From NCBI RefSeq assembly GCF_009914755.1, contig NC_060925.1: a stretch of DNA of 64,000 nucleotides; one strand, written 5' to 3'. This document shows positions 1-14,835 of this stretch, in pieces. The position numbers and the translations under genes were made by a program. The stretch comes from the human T2T-CHM13v2.0 reference genome, Homo sapiens. Below the pieces are notes generated by a model, which was given only the letters and a program-made list of their open reading frames with translations, was not told the DNA's origin and ran no database searches. Each line of letters starts with the position of its first letter. Positions within the stretch are counted from its first letter, which is position 1.

Positions 1-511
1 TAGTTACATTTCTAGTTTACCTTATATTATCAGAGTTTCATTTAACTGAAGTCTTCTGCCTTGTGCAGCTAATGGTTTATGTTAAATGTATTTGCCAAAC
101 TGGACTCCTTAGGAAGAAGCAAGTTCACTTGTGAAATCCAACTTCATCTTTATTAACTAAAGGCCATTACGAACGCTAAATTTTTTGTTGAAAAAAAAGT
201 CATCTTGGGTATGATGCCAATCTAAATAAAGCCTACTTCATGAATTTGCTTATTTTTCTCTTTTCCCTTCAGACATTAGCCAGCTAAAGTTGTTACACAT
301 ACATTAATTACACCAATTACTCCCAACTGTATATGTACATGCATTCAAGACTTGATTATCTGAGCTAAAAGAAGTGGTTATGCATGGCACAAATAATACA
401 AATAAGCAAAAAATTCAAATCCCATGTACATTGAATTAATGAATGCATTATATATTTGTGGCACAGCTAAGTTACCTTATTATGTTTTGCTTAATTTAAT
501 AATTCAATTAC

Positions 512-574
512 CTTGCATTTCCTTATTCCACCCAGGTAATGAAAGGGAAAGCAGGTCCAGCTTCATAACAGGCA
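512..574 (-). other. Candidate 63-nt internal exon (speculative)
   Basis: Minus strand reads ttgatttttccag|TGCCTG...ATGCAAG|gtaatt. Only the phase-1 frame is open (PVMKLDLLSLSLPGWNKEMQ). No homology recognised. Confidence 0.2.
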
Positions 575-904
575 CTGGAAAAATCAAGCCTACAATTTAA
601 GGATTTGGTGATAGTCTTCTCTTTCTTCTCTGTTTTCAAATTCGTCTTTTGTATGTTTGTAGTTAGACATTCCCCATAATGTTGCTTTAATATCCTACAA
701 TGTCCAACACATATGGAAAAATTATCCTCACAGATATCACAATAAAGATTCATGCATTCATCTCCCGTGATTAAAAGAAGCTGGAAGAAAGCCAGTTCCT
801 ACCTAACAGTAATTCCAAATTTAATTTCCTTGGAGTTTAGGAAGGTACTTAGTTCTTTGAGTTAATCTTTATAGAAGTTTCCTAGTTTAGATCACCCTTT
901 GTTA

Positions 905-1330
905 GGCTGCATGGTGTAATGCAGTGGTTCTCAAAATGTAGTGTGCAAAACAGAATAACTTAGATGGTTTCTTGAAAGAGATTTCAGGGCTTCCACCCCC
1001 AGGTTTCTGATTCAGTAGGTCTAGGACGGGGTCCAATAATTTGCATTACTAACAAGTTCTCAGGCAATGCTGATACCGCTAGTTTAAGATCTCACTTTGA
1101 GAGTCACTAGTGTAAAGGTTAAGTTTAAACTCAAATTCAGCACCACAAGCTATGTGTCCTAGGGCAATATATTTAACCTCCAACCTCAGTTTTCTTATTT
1201 GAAACCTAGGAATAATAATAGCAACCTACATCATAGAGTTGTTTTTTTTTTTTTGGTGATTAAATGAGTTATACGTTTAAAATGTTTATAAAAATGCCTG
1301 ACACCTACTCAGTACTGAAATAGTGTTATT
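905..1330 (+). mobile_element. MIR SINE interrupted by a MER5-type element
   Basis: The MIR 5' part gcatggtgtaa..ggttaag is split by the insertion. The core gctatgtgtcctagggcaa...cctcagttttcttatttgaaa...ggaataataatagcaacctac follows it. Confidence 0.65.
922..1109. mobile_element. MER5A-like hAT-Charlie DNA transposon fossil
   Basis: Termini cagtggttctcaaa...ctttgagagtcacta and internal tctgattcagtaggtct. 8-bp TSD gtgtaatg (914-921) / gtgtaaag (1110-1117). Confidence 0.8.
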
Positions 1331-2079
1331 GTTGTTCTTCGTACTTACACGCATAGGTCATCCAGCATAATCATAAATGAATTAACATCAAAGAAACAAA
1401 AAAAATGTCTTTCTCTGAAACATTTGGCTGAGTGCTGGACACTGGGAGAAAAAGAATGTTGATAGGCTTATTCTCCAGAGTGACCTGGAAAGGAAGATTC
1501 CAGGGAAGAATGTAAGTCTTGAATATATCATGATGGATCATCACAAGGCAAGAAAAGAATGCATGAAAGAGATAGAGGAAAGGGCACTAAGGTGAAAGCC
1601 TTTTATTTCTCCTTGATATGCCAATGCTAGGCTCATATTAGGGATTCAGTGAATATGTTTTACATGTCTAATATTTGTTTATTAATTCATGAGCTAAAAT
1701 TGAGCACACAAATGTGAGCAAAAACAGGCATGTTCTCTGTTCTCCTAGAGCTAAAACTTAAGTCTAAAAATTATATAAGACCATGTAGAAGAGCAAACGT
1801 GGCAAATGCCAAAGAGAGATTTACTGTTTTTAAGAAATCTGGAGACACTTCTCTGAAAAAACTAAGGATGTAGCTGAGGTACGGACAGACAGTGTAGGCA
1901 GGAGTACAGTTGCAGCCTTAAACATGGCAAGTTAAATAAATAAAAATTTCTTAGTTCCTGAGGTAGACAGATAGATAGATAAATGGTAATCCCTCAATGC
2001 CCATTGAGTGAATGCATTACTAATTAGCAATTATAAGCAATATAAAAATAATTCAAATTCAGATATGATTACTATAAAT

Positions 2080-2580
2080 AACTACATCTAAAAAGAATGC
2101 TTTCATGGCAAGTTATAGAAAATTCAAATTTTTAAATAAATAGGAATTAATTTTCCTCACACAGAAGAAATCTGGAAATGGGTGGCCTCTGGGGCTATCG
2201 GTTCAGTGGCTCATCACCTGGAGACCTGTGGCTCTGTAATTCTCTGCTCTTCCCATCCTGATTACCATCTCATGGTCATAAGATGGCTGCTATATGCAAG
2301 GAAGGAGAGGAATGCATTTAATGCATTTTTCACTTGCTTTCCTGATAGTCCCCTAACTGTTCCCAAAACAGATTTCTCTTTAGGTATCATAGGCCATAAT
2401 TAACTCACCAGATAACCCAAGGGGCAAAGTAGTCTATGTAAGTTGGAAATGCAACTGTAATGATTTCCTTAGGCTAATCATGACCCCCTTCCCAAAGAAG
2501 AGTCTGGGTACAAAGTCAGGATCTTTTTAGCTAGAAGGAAGGAGCACGGATATTGAGTAGGCAATTGACAGTTCATGCCA
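2080..2580 (-). mobile_element. Old MLT1 (MLT1J/K-like) MaLR LTR
   Basis: Motifs ctcatggtcataagatggctgct, tcataggccataattaactcac and gtaggcaattgacagt resemble remembered MLT1 consensus. Boundaries are approximate. Confidence 0.45.
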
Positions 2581-2727
2581 CAATAACATACATAGTTTTG
2601 GTTCACAGGTGCATTTATACTTACTGGATTGCAAATCATGAAGTTTGGTGAAGAGGACGATAAAAGTTGATATACGCCTCCGGTAGTCTTTTATCCTAGG
2701 TCGGTGGAATTCTCAAAACCCACAGAG

Positions 2728-3051
<324 letters not shown>

Positions 3052-4799
3052 CTAGATTGGTGATTTTTTTTTTATATGGGAAATGGAATTTTCTTTGGTT
3101 CCTTACAGACAGGATGGAAATTAAGCATTTATTGATAACAAATCATAATTTTTATTGTGGAAAAATTAAAAATCAAGTGAATTTACTATTCACTTGATGC
3201 ATATGATTGTGGAAAATTTGGCCATTTCAAAGAATTATTTTGAAGTGAAAAATCAATATTTTCAAGTGCCAGGTAATACAGAGTTTTTGTTTGTTTGTTT
3301 TATGTCTAATTCTCACAATCTCCTTTTTCTTTTGGGAAAAAAAAAAAACAGAGGTTCAGACACGTCAAATAACTTGCCTGAACACGTATATAGAGTCAGA
3401 AATTCAAACCCATGGTTGCCTGACCATCTAGACTTTCTCTTTTTTTCTACTTTTCTGTTATATAATTTAATTAAAGAATTTTTCCTGGAGGCAACATTTT
3501 TATATCTCTTGGGGAAAAAACACTTGAAAGGCAATTATTAGTGACCATATCATTAATGTTGTTTTTATTGGAAAACTAATTGGAGATACTGATGCTTAAA
3601 TACACTTTTACTTTTCGTTTTAAACATGGCAATGACCTGCTTTAAGCGGATGGATATTTCGGTAAACATTTCCTTTTTTGTAAACAGTGGGTAGTCAGTG
3701 TATGTTCACATTTTAAAAGGTGTTCATTGTATTGATTTTATACTACCCTTATTTTTTCCTATTTATTTCTTCTTAAAAAAATCAAGCCCAAATTTCCTAT
3801 TCCATAGAAGGTGACATTTTCAACATATACCTGCATCCTGAGGTCCTTTACCTCATATGCCCAGAGTCCATGAGCAATTATGTAATCACTCCATTTTTCC
3901 ACTTCCTTTTCTACATCTTCTTTGTCACAGGGATTCACATACTATGTTGGAATCACACACTTTCTTCTTTTGTTCATTTTCAAACAGTAATTGTGCCAGG
4001 CTTGTGACATGCTAGGCCATATTTGTTGTCTTTCCTCTACATGAGCTCATTGAGGTCAAGGACTGTTTCTCATTTATCTCCTGAAACCCTGTTCCCAGCA
4101 CATATAGAGGAGGGGAGGTTGGTCAAGAAAGAGTTCGGCAAGTAAAGCTGTAGAAGTCGGAGTCAGCTGAATGTAAAAAGTCAACTGGAAATGGGATAGA
4201 TGATGATATTATCTGATGATAAAAACAAACTGCTAAAAGGATGCCCATTGCTGCTCTGTCTTTATGACCTGTGCAATCAAACCCAGAATAAAAGAATGTA
4301 GTGTATTCACTAGGGAATCATTAAATACATCTATGGCAATACCAAAAAAGAAAGCCTCTAGACACTGATCTTTCAAAAGGGCAAATATGTAAACTGATCT
4401 CTGTCTCTATCATTGGAAAGTAACTTGCTATTTTAATTAGAGATAGAAAGTATTATGAGGTAGGAAAGATGAAAAGGGAAGAAATATAGTTAATAATTAT
4501 AAGAAAAGAGGATGAGAAAATGCAATGAGAGAGAAAGATCCTCATGGTTAGAATCCCCAGTGTGCACAGAATTGTGTATAGAAAGATATTCCCTGTAAAG
4601 AAAACAATATTATGAAACAACTCAAACGGTCACCAGTTCCAGAATAATTAAATAAATTATGGTGTATCCATAAAATGTAAGACCACTCAGTTACTAGAAA
4701 TATGTATGTATGTGTATATATATACACATATATATAAATATAAAAATATATACATACAAATACATACACACACACACACACACATTCATGTACCTCGTG

Positions 4800-4975
4800 T
4801 CAGACTTCGCATGATTTTAATTCTCATAACCATCTTATGGGTAATTTACTAACATCATCCCTATTTTATAGGTGATTCAACAAATCCACAGAAATGTGCA
4901 ATAACTTGTTCAAGGTTACATTACATAGCTCATAAGTGGAAAAACTGGGATTCAAACTCAGGCAGTTGTATACTT
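4800..4975 (-). mobile_element. MIR SINE
   Basis: catccctattttataggtga...aataacttgttcaaggttaca...ctgggattcaaactcaggcag. A (TA)/(CA) microsatellite precedes it at ~4700-4785. Confidence 0.65.
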
Positions 4976-6603
4976 ATGCACTGAGCTATAATAAGAGTGA
5001 GATGGCCAGAACTCACCATTATGTGAAATTGACAGGTCATTGAACAATATTTATGCTAATTGTCTTATTTTTACAAATGTAAAGCTACAATGAAAGAGTG
5101 AGTAGAACAAAATCAAGAGTGAAGAAAGGAAATGAGGCAATCTAAAACTCTCTGGCACATCCCCAACTAATTACAGAAAACATTAAATTGTGTTTGGAAG
5201 ATGCAACATTCTGAAAGTTCACTAAAGCACTTGGCTCTCTCTGAAATGCCCCTTCAGCTGGTAAGAGAAGATCATTTCATATCCCCTCTACTGATCCGCT
5301 TGATTGCATGTCAGCTCTATTAGGCAGTTGCTTCTCACTAATCCAAGCTGACTTTTTATTAGCCACTTAGACCTCAAGCACCAGACACATGACAATTTTA
5401 AGGTTTAAAAGCTGCCCTCAGTTAGATCTAAACAGAACTTAGATCTTAGCTATGACCGAAATACATCATTAGAATTTGAAGTTTAACTTAACAGAGTGCA
5501 CTATTGTTTCAGATTCTTTGCTTTTTACTAGTGGCTTTTAATTATGTAAGGAGAAAACTATGGAGAATGAAACAAATCAAGTGACCACAAGCAAGTGTAG
5601 GAGAAATAAGAGACCAACCCTTTGGAATATAAGATTTATCTCCTTTTTGTGGGATGTTAGAATGAACTAAAAGATAAAAGTGCCAAGGTTAGCCAGCAGC
5701 TCCAGGGGTTCTTTCCCAGGTTGGCCAGCCTAGGATAATTACCCTCACACAGGAAAATTACCTATTTTGTCCCTCGGGCACAGAGACAAAATGAATCAAA
5801 GCAGTTGCAAGGCTTGGGTTTGTCATGCTGCCACTTTTTTTTTTCAGTGTTTCATATTCTCTGAGTGATTTATTTATCTGTGTAAATTTTGAAAGTAGTT
5901 CATTAATTACTTGATCTTTAGTGGGAGAGGGCTTTGGAATACAGAGGACTGCTCATTAATGTATTCAGTATTTCCTCTCCACCCTCCCAAAAGCTTCATT
6001 ATATTCTGATCCGAATTTCTCAGATCTGGGGCAGTGGGGGGGGGTGGGTCACTGAGATGTTATGAAATTTAATCTCCAATCCTCAGTAAAATTTGAGAAC
6101 TACATATGAGAGAAATGCTTATACAGAGTATTAGACTTAATTTTTCATAAGTTATTTTGTATCTTGAAAAACTTCAAAGAACATAAAAATGAAGGCAGAG
6201 AAACTATCAGAAGAGGCTAGAGGGCTAAGGAACTGACTGGAAATACAACCTCCAGGTTTCCATCTCTGACCCTGACATCCAATTTACTCCAAGTCAAATT
6301 GTTTAATCCTTATTGTTCCAGAAATTTTTTCTATATACTGAAAACAAAGTTAAACTTACATTATTGAAACACGGAATTTTGGAACTAAAACAAAGGATGC
6401 AGTTAACCCTACAAGGTCATCATTTTATGAAAGAAACACTAGACACCCTGGGCTTTTGTAAAGTCATATGACTAACTTTTGAATGATGGAGTGCAAAAGT
6501 CCAGGTATCTGGCATTCCTACGTGAGGTGCTTTTCTGTTACCCTGTATTGGCCATCAGCCCAAACAGCCCATGAGGAATTTATGATGACAAAAAATAAAT
6601 GTA

Positions 6604-6909
<306 letters not shown>

Positions 6910-7334
6910 AAATAAATGTAGCTTTTTTATGAAAAATTGGGGGCTCTTTTCTTCATATTTCAGAGCTTCTATTTCCCTAACTAGAAAATCAGGAGGCTAG
7001 ATTAGCAGTAATGATATAAAAACTAACATCTATCCAGCTCTGACTGTATATTAAGCCCATTGTTTTTGTCTTTTACATATATTATCATACATTATTATTA
7101 TGAGAAATCCAGTGACAGGGACACTCATTGCTCTCATTGGATAGATGAAGAACTGAAGCATAGAAATGTTGGATAATCTTCATTGGCCTTTCTCAATTCC
7201 CAAGCTCCATGAGCACCCTCATTGGTGAAGCCCAGGCAATTCTGCTTCCTATGGATGAGCTCATTAAAATTGACAATGACTCGGCAAGATAAGTACTTTG
7301 TCATCCACATTCTACAGAAAGAAAACATACATGG

Positions 7335-7565
7335 CACCTATTATGTGGCAGAAATTGCTCGCAGCACTGTCCACATATACTTAACCTTCTCTGTCACCCT
7401 ATGAGGGGGAGTCCATTCTACTATGCTTAATTTGTAGATTAAAAAACAAAAACTGAGGCACAAAGAGGTTTTATAACTTGTCCAATGTCGCATAGCTAGG
7501 GGGTGGTGGAGTTTGAATCCAGGCAGTCTGGCTACAGAGTCAGTGTTCTTCACCACCCTACTGTA
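7335..7565 (-). mobile_element. MIR SINE
   Basis: aaactgaggcacaaagaggttttataacttgtccaatgtcgcatagctag...tttgaatccaggcagtctggct. Confidence 0.75.
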
Positions 7566-7796
7566 TTACCTCTTTAGTAGAAAGAGACAATTATGCTATG
7601 AATTCTTCATACAAATATTTTTCAAATCCAGTGACCATTCAGAAAAACCAGCAATGCAACAGCAACAAAATATATGTGACAGCCGAGTGGGAAGCCCAGT
7701 TGGAAAGTCCAATAATTTTACTAAGGACACCCGGCAAATTATGAAAGAAAAGTTCATCTTCTCTAAAGGAAGCAACATATGGAGTTCAGGACCTAA

Positions 7797-8085
7797 AGCC
7801 GGGTTTTCTAAAATTAGTGCTTGTCTTATGAAATGTTCTGTAAAAAAGAGGGCTCCATAATTAAATATCTAAGGCTGGACACACAGCATAATATATATAG
7901 CACTTTACAGAGGTTGCATGATAGCTGAATACTTTAAAGGCCATAAGAAATCCAGAGTAAAGAAGTCTGTTTATCCATGCTTAATACAGCATTTATTGAG
8001 CAGAAATAAACCCAAAATTCTTTTAATTCATGAACTATTAATATGTTGTAGAATGGTTCCTTATAACATATATTGGGAAACCCTG
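7797..8085. mobile_element. hAT-Charlie fossil (MER103C-like)
   Basis: ttttctaaaatt...aaaaaagagggctccataattaaata...taaaggccataagaaatccagagtaaagaa...ttgggaaaccctg resembles the remembered consensus. Confidence 0.45.
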
Positions 8086-8563
8086 GCCCAAAGCCAAACC
8101 GCAGAAGATCCAACATTGCCCATAACCTCAGCCCTTTGCTCAGTTCAAGGCATCTCCTTATCCCTAGACCTATACTTCACAACCATTCTTCTTCAGGTCT
8201 CTGTCAGTTCTTGCCTTAGGGTTTCAGGGTTGAGGGCTGTGTCCTGAACTCCTTTCCTCTTTGTGAGTTAGGGTAAAACTTAGAGCCAGACAGAAATAGA
8301 TGGGAGAACTCTTGGTCCCAAGGGGCAAAGGAGCTCTAGGTAACCAGTTGTCCAGTCTGCACAATGAAAGGGGGCTGGATTAACAATTACACCAGTACAA
8401 AAGTTATAAACCAGAAGCATCCTCAGGCGAGACAGTACGTGTGATCAAATTATGAGGGAGAGTTTCTTGTTGCTCCAGTGGTGACTTTGAGACTGCCACA
8501 ATCCCACCAGTCACCACAGGGCACTTTGAACACCAATTATCTCATTACTTCAATAGGCTTCAC

Positions 8564-9200
<637 letters not shown>

Positions 9201-10312
9201 AATAAATGAAAGAACGATTAAAGCACAGCTTCTAGATTAACCAGCAATTGTGACTCTCTGAATTTTTGGTTTTCACCATTTAGGTTTCAGGGCTATAAAC
9301 TTAGCAACAATTATTTAATATCCCCTTGCAGATCCTGTTTCTAACCTTCACTCTTCAAACCACTTTATTCTAATCCACACCCAAACCTTTTCTTTGAGCT
9401 CTGTGATCCCTTGATGCTCAAGAAAACCCTGAGATATCACTTTGAAATTTTTAAAAAATAGAATACTTGCACAAAAGGAAATAAAAGTGCTTTAGCTCCA
9501 AGCACTTTAGTAACAGAGGTGATGAGAATTCACAGGAAAACTGACCCACAAATGATATACCCAGCTGAGTTGTGTTGATCAAGAGGAGGAAAGAGACACA
9601 TCTCCCCTTCTGAGGACAAACACACCTAGCTCTTTAACATCAAGGACAAACAAGGTGGAGGAGAGCAAAAAGCAAAGGCCAAGATGGTTAAGTGACTAGA
9701 TTAATGACATTCATAAAATTGATGGAGGCCTGTGGGCTTGAAGTGATTGTAGTAGCTCACATGAAGCCCAAGGACGTAAATATTTAACAAATAATTACTT
9801 CTTGGTCTCATATCCACCACGGGGCCAGAAAGTAAAAGTAGAGATTATTTTCTCTTTGAGGACTCAGTTATTTAACAATTAGAGGAAGGGGGAAACAAAG
9901 CCAAAAAGATTTTCCCTTTACCTTATTTCTCTCCAAAACTATACTCAGTCCATTCAAGGCTTGGGAAATAAAGATTCTCATCACTTTGCTTTTCTGTATG
10001 CCATAGGCTTTAGGATATTTCTGGTAACTAGTTCCTCCTGTTTAAATTAGACTCTATACGATCTTCCCTCCCTTGACTGAGACTTTTTGGTAAATTGGCT
10101 TGCAACCTCAGGCTCACATCTCTCATTGGATTTAATTGCTATTGTCAAACCTATTTGGTTTTTCTTCCTTTTTTGGGACAAGTTTCAGCAAGGAGGGCAT
10201 TTCCTCAGTGTCAACCTGGGTAATCTTCACAGATCTCACCTATCCATTGTCAATACTGTGCTCTCAGCCAATTTGGTCAACTTTCCTTCATCCTCATTCT
10301 AGTCGCTCCACT

Positions 10313-11115
10313 TGTAATCACCTGACAATTTCTTTCTGTCCGTTCCACAGACAAAACCAATTCACTGAGATCATGGTATTGCAGTAAAGAAAGAGTTTAA
10401 TTAACACAGAACTACCCAAGCAGTTGGACTGCTGTTATTACTCAAATCAGCCACCCTAAGAACTCAGAGGCTAGGGTTTTATGGATAATTTGGTGGGCAG
10501 GGGGCCAGGGAATGGTGCTGTCGATTGGTTGGGGGAGGAAATCATAGGGATGTGGAAAATGATCCTCGTGCACTGAGTTTACCTCTAGATGGAGACTCCA
10601 GTACTGGCTGAGTGAGTCATAAGTCCCGGGTCTGGAAGGAGTCAGTTGATTGCCAGACTGCCAAAGTCTGAAAAACATCTCAAAAGACCAATCTTAGTTT
10701 CTACAATAATGATGTTACCTATAGGTCCAATTAGGGAAGTCACAAATCTTGTAACCTCTGGCCACGTGACTCCCAAACAGCAAGGGATTATAGAAAGGCA
10801 AGCCAGGGACAATGGTTGGGTTTGTTTACTCCTACATTTTAGCAGAATTCAGACTTATCCCATAATCCTAAGCTTGTGGCCTTCCATTAGTCTTACAAAG
10901 GCAGTTTTGGTCTCTGAGCAAAGAGGGGCTTCGTTTTAGGGAGGAACTATTATAATTGTTGCTTCAAAGTTAAACTATACACTAAATTTCTCCCATGGAT
11001 AGCTTGGCCTATGCCTAGGAATGAGCAAGGACAGCCAGCCTGTGAGGCTAAAGGCAAGATACAGTCAGCCATGTTAGACTTATTTTGCTGTTGTAATCTT
11101 TCAAAGGCTGTTCCA
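10313..11115 (-). mobile_element. Solo ERV1 LTR, LTR8-family
   Basis: Minus strand begins TGGAACAGCCTTTGAAAGATTAC...TGTCCTTGCTCATTCCTAGGC and ends ...GGTGATTACA. Perfect 4-bp TSD CACT (10309-10312 / 11116-11119). Confidence 0.85.
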
Positions 11116-11242
11116 CACTTAGGCCAAAGCAACAGCGGCACTGTTAGAAATATTGTTAAGTTTATTCCTGCTAGGAAGAAGAGAGAGTGACATTGCTCAC
11201 TTTGGAAAGGTAAATCAACTTCACAAAATGTACCATCAGTTT

Positions 11243-11490
11243 AATAACAGTCTATATTTATTGAACACTAATTATGGGCCAGGCACTGCATTGAGTGATT
11301 TACAAACTATTTCATTAAACTATCACTACAGTTTTATGAAGTAGGTATTTTTATTATTCCCCAGGTTACAAATGATGTAATTAAGATTTAGAGAGGTTAT
11401 GTAACTTGTTCAAGGTCACAAAGCTAGGAAGTGGATGAGCAAAGATTATATTCCATATCTGTCTAGCTCCCAGAGCTTGTCCTTTAATTA
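11243..11490 (-). mobile_element. MIR SINE
   Basis: atttattgaacactaattatgggccaggcactg...agagaggttatgtaacttgttcaaggtcacaaagctaggaagtgg. Confidence 0.8.
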
Positions 11491-11579
11491 ATATATTACA
11501 ATGCCTCACATATTAGTGCATTAAAAGAGACAAAGCACTAAATAAATGACAGTCAATTTTTAAAAGATGAACAAGGTAC

Positions 11580-11760
11580 CTTCAAAATTGCATGATGATT
11601 GAATGTTTAAAAGGACTCTGAAATCTCCAGAGGAGAAATGTATTACTATAATAGTGATCTTGATTTTGTGAGTTTTTCTTAAGGATCGCACTGTGCGGAC
11701 ATCTTCATGGGAATATGGAATGGGATAATAGCCAAAGCCGATAAAAGTCAGTTGAAGTAA
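11580..11760 (-). other. Candidate 181-nt exon (speculative)
   Basis: gttag|TTA CTT CAA...TTT GAA G|gtacct gives 60 open codons with several CpGs. The acceptor lacks a pyrimidine tract and the donor is weak. Confidence 0.15.
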
Positions 11761-12334
11761 CTAACATTCAAGTTGGTTTTGAAGGGGCACTCTCCTACAG
11801 GATAGTTAATGCACTCAATATTTGTCCCTGTCTATATTTGCTTGGCTTCTCTGTTCCCATCTACCCAGTCCTTAATAAGATCTGGGCATACAGGATCCCT
11901 CTCCCTCCAGTCTTGTTAGCACCATATGTCATCCACTCCTTCTGCTGACTCTTCTGGCATCTGGGGTCTCTCAGGAATTCTCTATACTGTATCTCTTTTC
12001 CTTAGTATCTCTTAACTCAGTATCTCTTTTCTTCTGAACGTAAGCCCTTCCCCTCATATTCCTCCTCTAGACCCCATTTAAATACCTCTCCTTCTGTTAG
12101 AACTTGTTATTAAATGTGAGTCTCCAAACTTCATTGAAACAAGAATCTGTGTTATGAAAGATGTATTAAAAACAAAATTAAATGTAATTTTCTGGATCAA
12201 AAGTCAACATTCAATATTTTAAAAATTCCACCCTAGGTACTTAATTATGATAGTAAGTTTTAAATTAAATATCATTTATTCAGTTGAATAAATAATTATC
12301 AATTAGGTAAATATTAACACATGTTGAGAGACAC

Positions 12335-12590
12335 GATATCACGATGTTTAAGAATGTAGGCTCTGGAGGCAGACAGGATCCAATGGCTGTCTCTGCCACT
12401 TGTAGCCATGTGAACTTGAGAAAACTGTTGCATTGTGTTGTGTCTCAGTTTTCTTATCTGTAAAATGGGAATAATTAGGTCAACTAATTAATAGGATTGT
12501 GGTGAGTAGAAAATATATTAATGTATGAAAAACATTTAGAGAATAGTTGGTATATGGTTAAACACTCAAAGATGTAATAATTATTACTAT
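12335..12590 (+). mobile_element. MIR SINE
   Basis: ggctctggaggcagac...ctctgccacttgtagccatgtgaacttg...tctcagttttcttatctgtaaaatgggaataat. Confidence 0.8.
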
Positions 12591-14037
12591 ATATCTTCAC
12601 AATGTCAATAGAACTGCTCTAATAAACTCCCAAAAAATGACTGATAGATTTGTTTAGGCCGACCCAGCAAACTTATGCCTAGAGCCATAAAAAAAATATG
12701 TGCTTAAGATTTGTACCCACTCTATGCAGTATGTCTGGTCTTATCTAGGAAAAAAAAAAGAAAACATAGAAGCATATTTGCAAATACCTGCCCAAGAATA
12801 GAAGAGAAAAAAGAGAAACTATATATTTTAAGATTTTATTGTGGTAGGAGGAGCATGGGATTTGACATCAGAAGAATTATTTTCCACCTCTAAGGTTCTC
12901 ATTTATGAGCTTCAAGAACTTCTAAGCCTCTATATTTCTGATTTCAAAAATAATACTGCTAACCATAGTGACTTCCCGAAGTTATTATGACAATAAATGA
13001 GATAAAATTATGAATATACCATTTTTATATTCTATTGGTTATATTTAGTCATAGGATCACAACTGCGGCAAGATGAGCTAGAAAGCGTAATGGCTAGATG
13101 ATCACTCAATCTCAGGAACACATTTCCCCACTATAGTAAGCGGGGAAGCAAATATTAGCCTTAGTTACCAGAGTATGCTACATATCATAAGTGATAGGGA
13201 TTTGTAATTCCCTAAAAAAAAACCTTTGGAGCCAGCTGGGTTTTAGATTATAGGAAGATAATAAAAAAAATTTTTTAGATAGAAGATTAAAAACAATTTA
13301 GATTGTAGGAAGATAATACAGTCCCTGCACCATGTTATATATAACACCCACATTAGAGTCTAGAAAAGATCCCTATATTCAAACATAGCAATATTTCTGC
13401 AGTGAAACAAATTAATTTTCACAATAATGTGATACAGAAATAATTAATATATATAATAAATGAAAATATAAGTAATGTCACATCAATTGAAGCTACAAAA
13501 GGGGCTTTCCAAAAACATATAGTGATGAACAAACTTTTAGGTTCGAACTGCTAATAAGAAATTGTGAACCTACATCAAGACACAAACATCATTCAACAAA
13601 ATCATAAGAGAAGGACTTGGATGCTGCTAGCAGCATGTAGAAGAGCTCTCATTCAAGTGAAAGGAGGTCAAATGTGCCTGGTCAGTAACTATGTGCTTTA
13701 ACTCCTTAACAACTTAAATGTTTTGATCTTTTTGTATTTCTAAATGCAAAGGTTTATTAGGCCAAGTGATAGAATAAGTACTAAATCATTTGTTACTCAC
13801 ATAAGAACAGCTGTTTCATAGCATTTTCTCTCCATTTACAAAACTAAATAGATGAACTGACACTTTGAAAATGATAATCAAAATGTCCTTCCCACTAAGC
13901 TCTAGACATTGCCAACAGGCACTTTTAAATGAGCCATAAACCTTTTAGCCCGGAAGCAGAGCAGCTTAGCCTAGCTTTGGGGTATAGCCATTCCATTTTT
14001 GTCTCTTTTTCACATTCAAAATGAGATAGAGTTAAAG

Positions 14038-14159
14038 GTGATAGAGTTAAAGTGAAATCACATGGCCGGGCCAGATGTTATTAGGAGAGCTGAGAGAGCT
14101 CCTGTCAGTGGTCTGGGGCTGGGTTTAACGACATGGTAGACATGTGTTTGGTGGATCAT
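14038..14159 (-). pseudogene. MT-CO3: Cytochrome c oxidase subunit III nuclear pseudogene, 5' ~120 nt only
   Basis: ATGATCCACCAAACACATGTCTACCAT...AAACCCAGCCCC...GCCATGTGATTTCACTTTAACTCT, overlapping the ATP6 stop codon as in mtDNA. Confidence 0.92.
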
Positions 14160-14835
14160 TATGTGTTGTCATATAGGTAAAGGCTTACTAGTAGTGTAAA
14201 GACAGAGGCCTGAATAAGGGCTATGGTGAATTTGAGGATGGTCAGTATGGTTAGAATAATGAGAGCAATTGAATCTGTGAGAAGACTGATAGTTGATAGT
14301 ACTCATGTAGCTCCTCCAATTAAATGCATTAGTAGGTGTCTGGCTGTAATGGTGGCTGTTAATCATACAGCTAATGCCATTGGTTGAATGAATAGGCTAA
14401 TAGTTTCAATGATCACTGGTATAGGGATAAGTGGTATAGGTGTGTCTTGTGGTAAAAAATGAGCTAAGGAGGTTTTTGTCTCAAAGTGGAAGCCTATAAT
14501 TACTGCTCCTGCTCATAGGGGGATTGCTATACCTAGGTTTATTGACAATTGGGTAGTTGGTGTAAATGAATGGGGTAGAAGTCCGAGGAGACTGGTTGAG
14601 GCAATGAAGAGAATTAGGGAGATCAGTATAAGGGATCAAGTTCATCCTTTAAAGTTATAGATAACTATTGTTTTACTACAAGTTGAATTAGTCATTGTTG
14701 AATGGAAATCAATCGGTTACTAATTAGATGACTGGAGGTTGGAAATAGTATCGTGGGGAAATAAAATGACTAATACTACTGCAGGTAGAACTAGAATTGT
14801 TGGGGTATTAAGAAAGTGAATAGATTTTCGTTCAT
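14159..14835 (-). pseudogene. MT-ATP6: ATP synthase F0 subunit 6 nuclear pseudogene
   Basis: Starts ATGAACGAAAATCTATTC and ends GACAACACATAA. 677 nt with indels. Confidence 0.95.
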
